Shown here: in pieces, positions 1-9,089 of the stretch
Layout: every line of letters starts with the position of its first letter
How positions within the stretch are numbered: the stretch's first letter is position 1
Virus record (IMG/VR): IMGVR_UViG_3300010151_000007
Coordinates: 36,327-100,326 of that record
Source of the DNA: a virus
Direction: 5' to 3' (one strand)
DNA length: 64,000 nt
The notes under the pieces: model-generated
What the model was told of the DNA's origin: nothing
The model's input: the letters and a program-made list of their open reading frames with translations, nothing else
Databases searched by the model: none
Translations under genes and position numbers: made by a program

Positions 1-186
1 ATTGATTTTAACGACGAGAAATATGTAACCTATAAAGTTGATGAAAAATTACTTTATCGTATATTGAAAGGTCCTCGTTTTGCCCATTGGAACAATGCTG
101 AAATTGGTTCTCATATCATGTTTGCAAGAAAACCAGAAATCTATGAGCGTGCGTTGTATTTCTGCATGAATTATTTCCACGCATGA
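1..186 (+). CDS. 3' end of a truncated gene; possibly MBL-fold CMP-Neu5Ac hydroxylase-like protein
   Basis: Frame 1 is open from base 1 to TGA at 184-186 (...ILKGPRFAHWNNAEIGSHIMFARKPEIYERALYFCMNYFHA). The family call is from recalled resemblance of this C-terminus plus the neuB/neuA context and is unverified. Confidence 0.45.
   Translation: MDFNDEKYVTYKVDEKLLYRILKGPRFAHWNNAEIGSHIMFARKPEIYERALYFCMNYFHA
97..186 (+). repeat. Copy 1 of a diverged 90-bp direct repeat (copy 2 at 1710-1799)
   Basis: Hand alignment gives 74/90 identical nt; AEIGSHIMFARKPEIYERALYFCMNYFHA* vs AEIDSHVMFARKPEIYERALNFCINYFHV*. Confidence 0.95.
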
Positions 187-192
187 GGTAAA

Positions 193-720
193 ATGCTACA
201 AGGTAAAAAGACGAGATTGGTTTCTGTAAAGAGGTGTAATCTTGAACGATTGCGAAACTGGCGAAATGAGCCAGAGCTACGCAAGTATTTCCGAGAATAC
301 CGCGAAATAAGCCCCGAAATGCAGGAAAAGTGGTTCCAGAAGATTCAGAACGACCCCGATCAGGTGAATTTCGAGATACGGACTGAATTTGGTACTAAGT
401 TAATTGGTCATTGCGGTTTATACTACATTGACTGGCGTGCGCGCCATGCAGAGTTCGGTGTGTATATTGGCAACAAGGAATTTCGTTCAGGTGGCTATGG
501 TTCTGATGCATTGCGAACCCTGTTCAAATATGGTTTCAACGATTTGAATTTGAACAAGATTCATTGCGAAGTATATTCGAATAATGCTTCTTACGATGTA
601 TATCGCCATCTTGGCTTCAAAGACGAGGGTGTTTTGCGACAACACTATTTCAGCGAAGGACAATATTGGGATTCAAAAATGATGAGTCTATTGAGGGAAG
701 AACATGAAAGTATGGAATAA
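193..720 (+). CDS. GNAT N-acetyltransferase, RimJ/RimL/PseH-like
   Basis: LRNWRNEP, IGHCGLY.ID, AEFGVYIG, acetyl-CoA motif FRSGGYG, FNDLNLNKI..EVY..N, LGFKDEG; GAGG SD upstream. Confidence 0.85.
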   Translation: MLQGKKTRLVSVKRCNLERLRNWRNEPELRKYFREYREISPEMQEKWFQKIQNDPDQVNFEIRTEFGTKLIGHCGLYYIDWRARHAEFGVYIGNKEFRSGGYGSDALRTLFKYGFNDLNLNKIHCEVYSNNASYDVYRHLGFKDEGVLRQHYFSEGQYWDSKMMSLLREEHESME

Positions 721-1672
721 TTGCAGACTCTGTGAAGAAGAAACAATCGGCGGTCATCGAGCTACTGCTTATGATATTTATCGTTCACAATTGAAGATGC
801 AGGTTGAGAATGTGTGGTATGATCAGGAAACGAATGAGTGTTTTGGTTTGGATTACAATTATACAAACAGACCAGATTTAGCCGCTGTTTTAACTCCAAA
901 GAATAGATTTCATCAATCAGAAAGATGGGGTAAAGAGTATGTTTCGACAAGGTATAACACTATCTTTAATTCTACAATGGAATGTTCTGATGAAATGATT
1001 CTCATTAATCCACAATTGCTTGAGCAATTCGAAGGAAAGACAATTCTCATTGTTGGTGCAGGCCCCTCTGCAAAAGAGTGTGATTGGGAAAAAGAAGATT
1101 ATGATACAATTTGGACGTGTAACCATTTTTTTAGATTTGACAGATTGGTGAAACGCGAAGATGTGTCTTTAATCAGTCTTGGGAGCGAAGTTGACTTGAC
1201 AGAATCCAATAATGTGTTACATTTATATATGAGAAAGAATGATGACGTTCTTTTTGCATTTGATTGTGGAGCGACCCGCCCGTTTATGCATATGTACGAT
1301 TTTAACGACCAATATCATGGTCGCGGATTGTGCTATCATCCTAGATTCTTTGGTAAAGTTGGAACAATCACGAGGTTGATTTGTTTGGCGATTGCTGCAA
1401 AAGCAAAGAAAATCAAGTTTGTTGGAATGGATGGAGTTTTGAAAGATGGTCCAAACGTTAATATATTCGAACCCGGCAAACCTTTCACCGGCCCAAATAA
1501 ATATTCATTGTTTAATCAACAGTATGTTATGTTTTGGGATTACGTGTTGAATACGTTGCAGCCGAATATAGAATTTGAGAATCTTGGTGAATATCACGAA
1601 TCGAATATAACTGCGGGAATTTCAAAGTTAGAATTTGAAACATATAATAAGAGAGTTAGAGAAAATGTTTAG
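704..1672 (+). CDS. Cst/GT42-like (or Maf-like) sialyl/nonulosonyl transferase
   Basis: ILIVGAGPSAKE...DTIWTCNHFF and KIKFVGMDG resemble the CstII motifs IAGNGPSLKE...VFRCNQFY and IYLSGIDF; lies beside neuB. Confidence 0.6.
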   Translation: MKVWNNCRLCEEETIGGHRATAYDIYRSQLKMQVENVWYDQETNECFGLDYNYTNRPDLAAVLTPKNRFHQSERWGKEYVSTRYNTIFNSTMECSDEMILINPQLLEQFEGKTILIVGAGPSAKECDWEKEDYDTIWTCNHFFRFDRLVKREDVSLISLGSEVDLTESNNVLHLYMRKNDDVLFAFDCGATRPFMHMYDFNDQYHGRGLCYHPRFFGKVGTITRLICLAIAAKAKKIKFVGMDGVLKDGPNVNIFEPGKPFTGPNKYSLFNQQYVMFWDYVLNTLQPNIEFENLGEYHESNITAGISKLEFETYNKRVRENV

Positions 1673-1799
1673 TCCTTATGTGGACTCTTTAGAGTTGCCA
1701 TTCTTTTTGGCAGAAATTGACTCTCACGTAATGTTTGCGAGAAAGCCAGAGATCTATGAACGTGCATTGAATTTCTGTATAAATTACTTCCACGTATGA
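1665..1799 (+). pseudogene. 44-codon remnant duplicating the C-terminus of the gene ending at 186
   Basis: MFSPYVDSLELPFFLAEIDSHVMFARKPEIYERALNFCINYFHV*; the last 29 aa match the upstream gene (24/29 identical). Confidence 0.75.
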
Positions 1800-2644
1800 G
1801 AAATATAATGACTTATATAATAGCTGAAATTGGAATTAATCATAATGGAGATTTAGAAACGGCGAAACGCCTAATTGATGTAGCAGCCGCTTCCGGTTGT
1901 GATGCTGTCAAGTTTCAAAAAAGAAATCCCGACGTATGCGTGCCAGAACATCAAAAGGGGATTATGAGAGAAACTCCTTGGGGCTGCATGACATATTTAG
2001 AATATAAATACAGAGTAGAATTTGGTAAGAAAGAATATGACGAAATTGATCGTTATTGTAGAACAAAAGAAATAGAATGGTCTGCTTCCCCATGGGATAT
2101 TGATAGTTTAAATTTTTTGAAAGAATATGATTTACCATGGATAAAGGTACCTTCTGCTATGCTTACAAATGTTGAACTGTTGACTGCCGCGTTGGAGACA
2201 GAGAAAAAGTTGATAATTTCAACAGGTATGAGTACAAAACTAGAAATTCAACATACAGTTGATTACATTGTCAAACGAAATCCAAATATAGAATTAGTTT
2301 TGCTTCATTGCAATTCAACATACCCCGCCCCATTAAAGGAACTGAATTTAAAATGTATTCAAACCCTTAAAGAAGATTATCCCTTTGCGGAAATAGGGTA
2401 TAGCGGTCACGAATTTAGATTAGGCACTACGGTATCATCAATTTATTTAGGGGCAACATATCTAGAAAGACACATCACGTTAGATAGAACTATGTGGGGT
2501 TCTGACCACCTTTCCTCTGTCGAACCACAAGGTTTGTTTAAATTAGTAAAAGGTGTTAGAGAACTAGAACTAGCCCTTGGTGACGGACAAATACAAGTGT
2601 ATGATGGTGAAAAAGCAGCTAGGTTAAAGTTGAGAGGATATTGA
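1796..2644 (+). CDS. neuB: N-acetylneuraminate/nonulosonate synthase (short form, no C-terminal AFP-like domain); probable start 1808
   Basis: IIAEIGINHNGD, GCDAVKFQKR, IKVPSA, ISTGMS, LHCNSTYP, GYSGHE, ERHITLDR...GSDH motifs. Confidence 0.95.
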   Translation: MRNIMTYIIAEIGINHNGDLETAKRLIDVAAASGCDAVKFQKRNPDVCVPEHQKGIMRETPWGCMTYLEYKYRVEFGKKEYDEIDRYCRTKEIEWSASPWDIDSLNFLKEYDLPWIKVPSAMLTNVELLTAALETEKKLIISTGMSTKLEIQHTVDYIVKRNPNIELVLLHCNSTYPAPLKELNLKCIQTLKEDYPFAEIGYSGHEFRLGTTVSSIYLGATYLERHITLDRTMWGSDHLSSVEPQGLFKLVKGVRELELALGDGQIQVYDGEKAARLKLRGY

Positions 2645-2651
2645 ATGTGTA

Positions 2652-3119
2652 ATGATTGCAAACAAGAGAAACGATTGTTTTATAGGTCAGATAAGAATGA
2701 ATAACAATACACCAGAAATAGAGGGTATCATGTTTGGAAGTTTGTTGGCACTGGGAAAAGAGCAAGATAAGCTCAACATGAAGATTGTCCCCAAAGGTTG
2801 GGGATATGAGAAATGGATTGTCAACAAAGAAGAATATTGTGGCAAGTTATTGCACTTTCATAAAGGTAAACAATGTTCTTGGCATTTTCATAAAGTGAAA
2901 GATGAAGTCTTTTATGTTTTGTCTGGTTGTCTCCGTGTTACTTTCGCTGAACACGATGACATTGAAAATGCTTATACGATGGAATTAGGTCCTGGCGAAC
3001 GCTTTCACGTTCCAGTTGGCTTGAGGCACAGAATGTACGCACTTGAGGAAACTCAAATGTTTGAATTCTCAACGACTCATTGGGATGAGGATTCGATAAG
3101 AATCGAGAAGGGGGATTGA
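2652..3119 (+). CDS. Cupin-fold sugar isomerase-like protein; start may be 2778 (MKIVPKGWG)
   Basis: KGWGYEKWI, SWHFHKVKDEVFYVLSG, FHVPVGLRHRM cupin motifs. Confidence 0.75.
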   Translation: MIANKRNDCFIGQIRMNNNTPEIEGIMFGSLLALGKEQDKLNMKIVPKGWGYEKWIVNKEEYCGKLLHFHKGKQCSWHFHKVKDEVFYVLSGCLRVTFAEHDDIENAYTMELGPGERFHVPVGLRHRMYALEETQMFEFSTTHWDEDSIRIEKGD

Positions 3120-3875
3120 ATGAAAAAGATTGAAGACATTTGTGTAATCGTTCAAGGACGACTCTCCTCTGAACGTTGCCCAAAAAAGATGATTAGACCA
3201 TTTGCGGGCTCAAACTTGCTCGACAAGTGTTTGCGACTTCTCATGAAGTGCGAAGTTCTCCCCAAAGAGAATATCTTCCTCTCTGTTCACGAACCCGAAC
3301 TTCAGGAAATTGGAACAGATTTGGGGATCAATGTGTTTCCTCGTTCAGAAAAGTCTGCACTGTGGGATGGTGGCGAAGGTGCTCACCTTTGTGATATGTA
3401 TGAATGGTGGGATAAACTTCCATTTAAGTACGTGGTATTAATTAACGCATGTACACCAATGATTAAGCCAGAAACAATTGATGGTTTTTTGAATTACTAT
3501 ATGGAATCTGATTCTGATGGTTTGTTTGGTGTTATTGAAAAACAAAACTACTTTTGGAACCAATCTGGAAAGATGATTTCAATTTGGCCAGAGTCGGAAA
3601 CAGTGATGAATACTAAAGCTGTAGAAGCTACATATGAAGCTGCCCATTGCCTTTATGCTGGTCGCATGGACTTGATCGGCGAAGGTATCTGGATGGGAGA
3701 CTTTCAGAAAGAGGGTGATATTGAATTATACCCTATGGCTGAAGAAGAAATCTATGATATTGATTATGAGTGGCAATTTGGCTTAGTGGAAGCAATCTTC
3801 AAACACGTGTACCCTGAATGGTATTTAGAGGCTCCTGGATATATGTACGAGGATTGGAAAGATGATATGGTTTGA
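3120..3875 (+). CDS. neuA: Acylneuraminate cytidylyltransferase family (CMP-nonulosonate synthetase)
   Basis: IVQGRLSSERCPKKMIRPF nucleotide loop, NACTPMI, DIDYEWQF C-terminal motif; adjacent to neuB. Confidence 0.8.
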   Translation: MKKIEDICVIVQGRLSSERCPKKMIRPFAGSNLLDKCLRLLMKCEVLPKENIFLSVHEPELQEIGTDLGINVFPRSEKSALWDGGEGAHLCDMYEWWDKLPFKYVVLINACTPMIKPETIDGFLNYYMESDSDGLFGVIEKQNYFWNQSGKMISIWPESETVMNTKAVEATYEAAHCLYAGRMDLIGEGIWMGDFQKEGDIELYPMAEEEIYDIDYEWQFGLVEAIFKHVYPEWYLEAPGYMYEDWKDDMV

Positions 3876-4731
3876 TGATGAACGCTGTTTTCATGGCGGC
3901 ACCGAAGAAATGTCAAGATATATTAGTGCTCTAGAGGAGAGAAAAACACAATATGGTGATTCTGTAGATTTGAAATTGAAGGAAAAGCACTATGATGTTA
4001 TACAAAATTTGAAACAAAAAGGGTTTCACATAATCCCTAATGTGTTTTCGGAAGAAACACTTGATACAATTCGGGCTGAAATGTCACAAAAACTGCAACG
4101 AGGTGAGGATCTTTGGAAAGGAATAACACTTCCGGAGGAATTTCTTAAATCTGTTGTACCATTTGTATCAATTGAACAACCTCTTTTCAATTGTCCGTCC
4201 GTCAAAGAGATTATATTTCACGATCTACTAGAAGAGATTGCAACTGTATATCTCAATTGTAAGCCTGCTGTTGGCACATTTAATCTTCGAAAAAGCTTTA
4301 TAAATACTTTACCAGACCAAGAAACACAACTTTATCATTGTGACAAAAATAGCATTAAGTTAATGAAGTTTTTTGTTTATTTAAACGACGTTGGCCCCTA
4401 CGGTGGTCCCTTGACTATTGTCGAAGGTAGTCATCGCTTAAAACCAGAGATTTGGGAATCTAAATATCGTTGGACAGATAAGGAGGTAGAAGAAATGTAT
4501 CCCGGCATGGTTCGTCATATTGAAGCTAAAGCGGGAGATTTGATTATTGGTATTACTACTGGTTTTCACAAAGGATTGAAGCCTATCGCAAATGAAAGAA
4601 GCATGTTGACAGTTAATTACACGGTGCATCCAGAAAACTGGAAGCCTATCACTTTTAAGATGCGTCAGGCAGATTATTTGGATTTACCGGAAAAAAAGAA
4701 ACCTCTAACTGATTTTTTGAGGAAAGAATGA
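3862..4731 (+). CDS. PhyH-like 2OG-Fe(II) dioxygenase
   Basis: YHCD (HxD), FVYLNDV...GPL.IVEGSH, AKAGD, FHKG and a downstream Arg. Confidence 0.85.
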   Translation: MIWFDDERCFHGGTEEMSRYISALEERKTQYGDSVDLKLKEKHYDVIQNLKQKGFHIIPNVFSEETLDTIRAEMSQKLQRGEDLWKGITLPEEFLKSVVPFVSIEQPLFNCPSVKEIIFHDLLEEIATVYLNCKPAVGTFNLRKSFINTLPDQETQLYHCDKNSIKLMKFFVYLNDVGPYGGPLTIVEGSHRLKPEIWESKYRWTDKEVEEMYPGMVRHIEAKAGDLIIGITTGFHKGLKPIANERSMLTVNYTVHPENWKPITFKMRQADYLDLPEKKKPLTDFLRKE

Positions 4732-5066
4732 TATATTTTGTTGACATTGATGAGACAATCTGTTATTATGAAACAGAAGAGAAGATTTTTGTCGATGGTA
4801 TTGAGACTAGAAATTACCTTTTGGCAAAACCTTGTAGAGAAAGAATTGTAAAAATTAATAAACTATACGAAGAAGGAAATAGTATTGTATATTGGACTGC
4901 TAGAGGCTCCATCACTGGTTTGGACTGGACGGCGCTAACAGGAGCACAATTGAAACACTGGGGTGCAAAACATCATAAGCTAATATTGGGTAAGCCATAT
5001 TATGATGTTTTCATCGACGACAAGAACATAAATTCAGATAGATTTTTTGGAGAAAATAATGAATAA
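4728..5066 (+). CDS. Small HAD-family phosphatase (capsule-biosynthesis phosphatase-like)
   Basis: VDIDETIC (DxD), YWTARG, GKP.YD.FIDDK motifs. Confidence 0.85.
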   Translation: MIYFVDIDETICYYETEEKIFVDGIETRNYLLAKPCRERIVKINKLYEEGNSIVYWTARGSITGLDWTALTGAQLKHWGAKHHKLILGKPYYDVFIDDKNINSDRFFGENNE

Positions 5067-5274
5067 CAGAGACATGTTTTTACACGACCAAGCAATTGGT
5101 GCAGTTATGATGGCACTTCAGAAGTGCCTTTCAGAGCAATCGGATATTACAGATATCCTTAGAGCGATGAAGTTTAGATTATCGGATGAAGGTTTAATGG
5201 TATTGAACCCACCTGTTACTAAATTGAGTTTCAATCTGGAACAAGCAGATGAAGTAGAAGATGCCTCGGTATGA
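5047..5274 (+). CDS. Hypothetical protein (start probably 5059)
   Basis: Coupled ORF with GGAG SD; no recognised motif. Confidence 0.65.
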   Translation: MEKIMNNRDMFLHDQAIGAVMMALQKCLSEQSDITDILRAMKFRLSDEGLMVLNPPVTKLSFNLEQADEVEDASV

Positions 5275-5506
5275 TTATGAGTGTGGGGAATGCAAAAAGA
5301 AGGTAGAATTATTTCATTCGATGCATGAGACGATAAGCACTTGTCCTCTTTGTGGGGTTAGAGGGAAATTTCGCAAACACATTCCACAATTTTCCAAACT
5401 GGATCGAACTGGTCCACCTGTTGGGAGAATTGTGGATTCTCATATCCAGGAAGCAAAGAAAGAAATAGAAGAACACAAAAGAGAAATGAAAAAGGAAATG
5501 GAATAA
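5261..5506 (+). CDS. FmdB-like zinc-ribbon protein
   Basis: MPRYDYECGEC...CPLCG. Confidence 0.8.
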   Translation: MPRYDYECGECKKKVELFHSMHETISTCPLCGVRGKFRKHIPQFSKLDRTGPPVGRIVDSHIQEAKKEIEEHKREMKKEME

Positions 5507-5850
5507 TGGTTATCAACGGTTGGTTTGTACTTTTTGGCATTTCTTTAACTATCAACGCCGCTTTAGCATGGGTGCTCAAAACTACAATGGAAGATATCGC
5601 TGATCTAAGAGCGGTTGCATTTGATTTATATGAAGAGTGTTTCGATTTTGCACAACATCTGGAAGTCTTGTATAACATGAATTCTTATCATGGTGATGAG
5701 GTTTTACACAATCTTGTTAAACACTCAAAAGCTTTGATGAACTCCTTCACCGAATACGGGGAAATAACCGAATATTTGGAAGATCCTCTCGCCGACGACG
5801 AAGAATACGACGAAGAAAACGATTATGAAGAAGGAGGGGTCGTACAATGA
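5506..5850 (+). CDS. Hypothetical membrane-anchored protein
   Basis: N-terminal hydrophobic segment and acidic tail. Confidence 0.65.
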   Translation: MVINGWFVLFGISLTINAALAWVLKTTMEDIADLRAVAFDLYEECFDFAQHLEVLYNMNSYHGDEVLHNLVKHSKALMNSFTEYGEITEYLEDPLADDEEYDEENDYEEGGVVQ

Positions 5851-6554
5851 TGGCTAGACGACGAGTAATTCGCAGACGAAAAAAGGGCAGTAAGAACTAT
5901 TTTACCAAAGATCATGAACAAGCGATTCTGGACTATTGCAAGACGGACTGCCAAAGAGAAAGAACGGAACTGTATGCTAATTGGATTGGACCTGCCTTCG
6001 ACGAGTTGGTTGACAAGATTGTTTTCACCTATAAGTTCACAACCTTACCGAATATCGATTATTTAAGAGACGAATGCAAGATTTGGTTGATCACCATTCT
6101 GGACAAGTATGATGTAACCCGAGGCTCGAAAGCTTTCTCTTATTTCAGTGTCATCACGAAGAACTGGTTTATTCAGAAAGTTAAGAAACAGTCCAGACAA
6201 AATAAAACAGAAATTGAGATTTCACAATTACCCAAAGAATTGGAGCTAGAGCATATTTCAACAACCAATCAGTATACCAATTTAAGAGAACATGCTGAAT
6301 TTTTCACATTGTTACTGGGTGAAATAAATTCTTGGGAAGTTGAGAAGATGAAACCCAATGAGAAAAAAGTAGTTGATGCAATTAAAATCTTGTTCGATAG
6401 TCACGATGATATCGAGATTTTCAACAAAAAAGCTATTTACCTATACCTCCGAGAGATTACTGGATTGAACACCAAGCAGGTGGTGAATTCATTGAACAAA
6501 ATACGGGCACGATACAAAGTGTTTAAGATCCGATGGGATCGAGGCGATATGTGA
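5847..6554 (+). CDS. gp55-like late-transcription sigma factor
   Basis: NYFT...AI, and DKYDVTRGSKAFSYFSVITKNWFIQKVKK resembling sigma region 2 of T4 gp55-type proteins (NFD..K..NPFAYFT.I....F.....K); C-terminal HTH-like segment. Confidence 0.7.
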   Translation: MMARRRVIRRRKKGSKNYFTKDHEQAILDYCKTDCQRERTELYANWIGPAFDELVDKIVFTYKFTTLPNIDYLRDECKIWLITILDKYDVTRGSKAFSYFSVITKNWFIQKVKKQSRQNKTEIEISQLPKELELEHISTTNQYTNLREHAEFFTLLLGEINSWEVEKMKPNEKKVVDAIKILFDSHDDIEIFNKKAIYLYLREITGLNTKQVVNSLNKIRARYKVFKIRWDRGDM

Positions 6555-6863
6555 ATGAAGAAAACCCTTGAAGAAAATATGAACGAAGCACTGGACAGTA
6601 TTGAAAAAGATCGCACATATGCCGAAGAACTTTTGAAAGACGTCATTAACGAGATTAGCAAAAGCGGTAATTCTCACCAATATATTGGTACTGTGGCTGC
6701 GAAATATTTGGAAACTATGCAGCGCTCTAATGAACAAAGGGTAAAACTTATCGCACTGCAATACAAGTCTGGTCCATCCCTTGAAGAAGATATAGAGTTC
6801 TCGGAGAAAGAAACTGATTCGATCTATGATCAACTCCAGAAGGAACAGGACGATGCCAAATGA
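6555..6863 (+). CDS. Hypothetical helical protein
   Basis: Coupled ORF, GAGG SD. Confidence 0.65.
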   Translation: MKKTLEENMNEALDSIEKDRTYAEELLKDVINEISKSGNSHQYIGTVAAKYLETMQRSNEQRVKLIALQYKSGPSLEEDIEFSEKETDSIYDQLQKEQDDAK

Positions 6864-8124
6864 TATTGATTACGATCTCCTATTAGGAGAAATGAACAAT
6901 CTCACTGACTATGAGAGCGATCGTCCAACCATATATCCAGAGGATTTGGTCAATGATCCCCTTTCTGTTTACCGTCATGCTCTAAAGAAGATCGTAAAGC
7001 CAAACATATTAGCTGAATCAGGCCCATATAAAGCGATTTGTTTAAATTCGTTTTCTATCGCAGCCGATTCAGCTAATCGTTTTTCTTTGTTTGCTTTTGG
7101 TTTTACGGAAAAGGTAGTATATAAAAGGGTTGCTTGTTATGCTAGGATTCCAGAATTGCATTCAATCCTTCCAAATCCATTTTCGATAAAAGATCCAGAA
7201 AAGAAGGCTGAAGCAATTCGTATGCACCCGGTTTTCATTAGCGAGCTTGCTGCGGAAGATCTGGGTGAAGGGGAATTTCCAAACCCAGGGGCTGTCATCG
7301 AAGTTGATTTTGAGGATAGGAAGAACAGGAGGGTCGGCATTTATAAGCGCAAACTTGTAAGCAGCCCTACACCTGGAGTATCCAGCGGCCCAAAAAGTAG
7401 AAAATTCAAACCCGGTGACCAAATAGTCTCTCTTTCTACCGTCACTAATTTGGCGAGCGATAGCACTTCCACTTCTGTCGGCTCGTGCAACCCAAAACAA
7501 AAAACAATAGACTCTACAGTAAAAAGAAAGCCGTTAATTATCAAGGCTTGGGAGATGTTGAGCCCGTTTTTCCCTTCCAACGCAGTCATGACTTCAGGTT
7601 TTAGAAACCCTGGAGACCAAATTGCAACCATAGAAAAGCTCGCAAGAAATAACGGCGTAATTGGTGCAGAATATCCAACATGGCGAGAAAAGCGAAAAGA
7701 ACTAAGGGCCAGAGGGTTTCTAATTGCAGATCCCAACACTCCCCAAACCAGCGGCCATTATGTCGGAAACACATTCGATGTGTCTGGGAACGGCATTAGG
7801 TCTTTATCCGAGTCGGAAAGAAGGGATTGGTTATTAAGGGTCGCCGAGATTTCTCAACTTCTTTCTGAAGATGAATTTTTTCCCGTTAAATTAATAACAA
7901 TACTTGTCGAATATACAAATAACGCAGTACATATAGAGATCGAAAGTGCCGAAGTAGACCAACTCATACTCATGGATCGGTTTATGGAATTAAATCCGAA
8001 TTGTGATTCTTCCAGAGTACAATCCGCGATCGATGACACTGCTTTGGATATTTCTTTAATGGAAAGTGATCTGCCAGAAGAACCAGAGGTGGTTGAATTA
8101 CATGACGCCGATGCAAAAATATGA
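6826..8124 (+). CDS. Baseplate hub/gp5-N-like protein with M15-type Zn peptidase domain (start probably 6853)
   Basis: N-terminal ARIPE...HPVF...P.PG.VIEVDF is gp5-OB-like; C-terminal TSGFR...SGH..G.TFD...HIE is the LAS/M15 zinc motif. Confidence 0.6.
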   Translation: MINSRRNRTMPNDIDYDLLLGEMNNLTDYESDRPTIYPEDLVNDPLSVYRHALKKIVKPNILAESGPYKAICLNSFSIAADSANRFSLFAFGFTEKVVYKRVACYARIPELHSILPNPFSIKDPEKKAEAIRMHPVFISELAAEDLGEGEFPNPGAVIEVDFEDRKNRRVGIYKRKLVSSPTPGVSSGPKSRKFKPGDQIVSLSTVTNLASDSTSTSVGSCNPKQKTIDSTVKRKPLIIKAWEMLSPFFPSNAVMTSGFRNPGDQIATIEKLARNNGVIGAEYPTWREKRKELRARGFLIADPNTPQTSGHYVGNTFDVSGNGIRSLSESERRDWLLRVAEISQLLSEDEFFPVKLITILVEYTNNAVHIEIESAEVDQLILMDRFMELNPNCDSSRVQSAIDDTALDISLMESDLPEEPEVVELHDADAKI

Positions 8125-8143
8125 TTAAAAAAAGAGAGGGGTA

Positions 8144-9088
8144 ATGGACAAATTTAAAGGAAGAACTGTATTGGGCGGCCAATCCAAATTAGCCGGTCTG
8201 AACAACACACAGGTCAACGAGCCTTTACCTCTTTTTCACAAAGCCGAAGGAGAAAGGGTTGTTAAGGGTCATAACAATGCGTATATCGTGTTGGGTCGTG
8301 ACCGACCTGCTGGTTTAGAATCTGGGTATGGTGGTAAAGGCGAAACTCGCTGCGGTACCATCGATCTTGTAGTTGGTCGCATGGGATGGGATCCAAAAGA
8401 AGGTCGAGTTGTTGATAACAACTTCGGCTCTTTTATCGCTGCCGACAAACCCGGTGACGCTGCAAGGATTTATATTTCCCAAAGAACAGATATCGATAAC
8501 AATTTCGGTTTAGTAGACGGTGGCGTCGGTAACTCTAAAAACCTTTCAGCCATCGGTATAAAAGCAGATTCAGTTCGGATTGTTGCCCGACGCGGCATAA
8601 AGTTGGTCACCGGACGCTCTCCTCAAGGTCGAAATTCGTTGAACGGTAAAGCAGACGCCCAATATGGTATTGATTTAATCGCAGGCAATCGTGACGAACT
8701 AAAAAGAAATTATAGTGGTGCCCCTAAATCTCAAATACCCTACCTCCAACCAATCCCGAAAGGTTCGAATTTGCAAGAAGCTATGAAAAATATGAATGAT
8801 GCAATAAATGAATTGAATTCAATTGTACACGACTTTATTCAATTACAGCTAACTTTCAATGGCTCGGTAATGACCAGTTTCCACCAAGGTACCGCTGGGC
8901 CGATTCCCGTGATTACAAACCCCGATCCGGCAGTTATAGCCCAGGGTACTCAAATGCAAATGAGGGCTTTTTCCGACTGCATTAGCGAATTAGCAAAACA
9001 GAGGCAAGTGTTAATGTCTTTAGAAATGGACTATTTACGCACCGCTGGTTCGAAATGGATTTGTAGTAGATACAATAGGACCAACTAG
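8144..9088 (+). CDS. Baseplate central spike (gp5 C-terminal-like)
   Basis: Beta-repeat segments IVLGRDRP, TIDLVVGR, ARIYISQ, AIGIKADSVRIVAR, GIDLIAG; position between hub and gp25. Confidence 0.55.
   Translation: MDKFKGRTVLGGQSKLAGLNNTQVNEPLPLFHKAEGERVVKGHNNAYIVLGRDRPAGLESGYGGKGETRCGTIDLVVGRMGWDPKEGRVVDNNFGSFIAADKPGDAARIYISQRTDIDNNFGLVDGGVGNSKNLSAIGIKADSVRIVARRGIKLVTGRSPQGRNSLNGKADAQYGIDLIAGNRDELKRNYSGAPKSQIPYLQPIPKGSNLQEAMKNMNDAINELNSIVHDFIQLQLTFNGSVMTSFHQGTAGPIPVITNPDPAVIAQGTQMQMRAFSDCISELAKQRQVLMSLEMDYLRTAGSKWICSRYNRTN
9030..9037 (+). promoter_or_regulatory. Candidate late promoter ACTATTTA
   Basis: Recurrent ACTAHTTA octamer, 52 nt before the ATG at 9090, inside the upstream CDS. Confidence 0.4.
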
Positions 9089-9089
9089 A

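Noticed and set aside
97-1799. Repeat pair as a diversity-generating retroelement TR/VR
   Set aside because: Mismatches are not adenine-specific in either copy and are mostly synonymous; no reverse transcriptase in the window.
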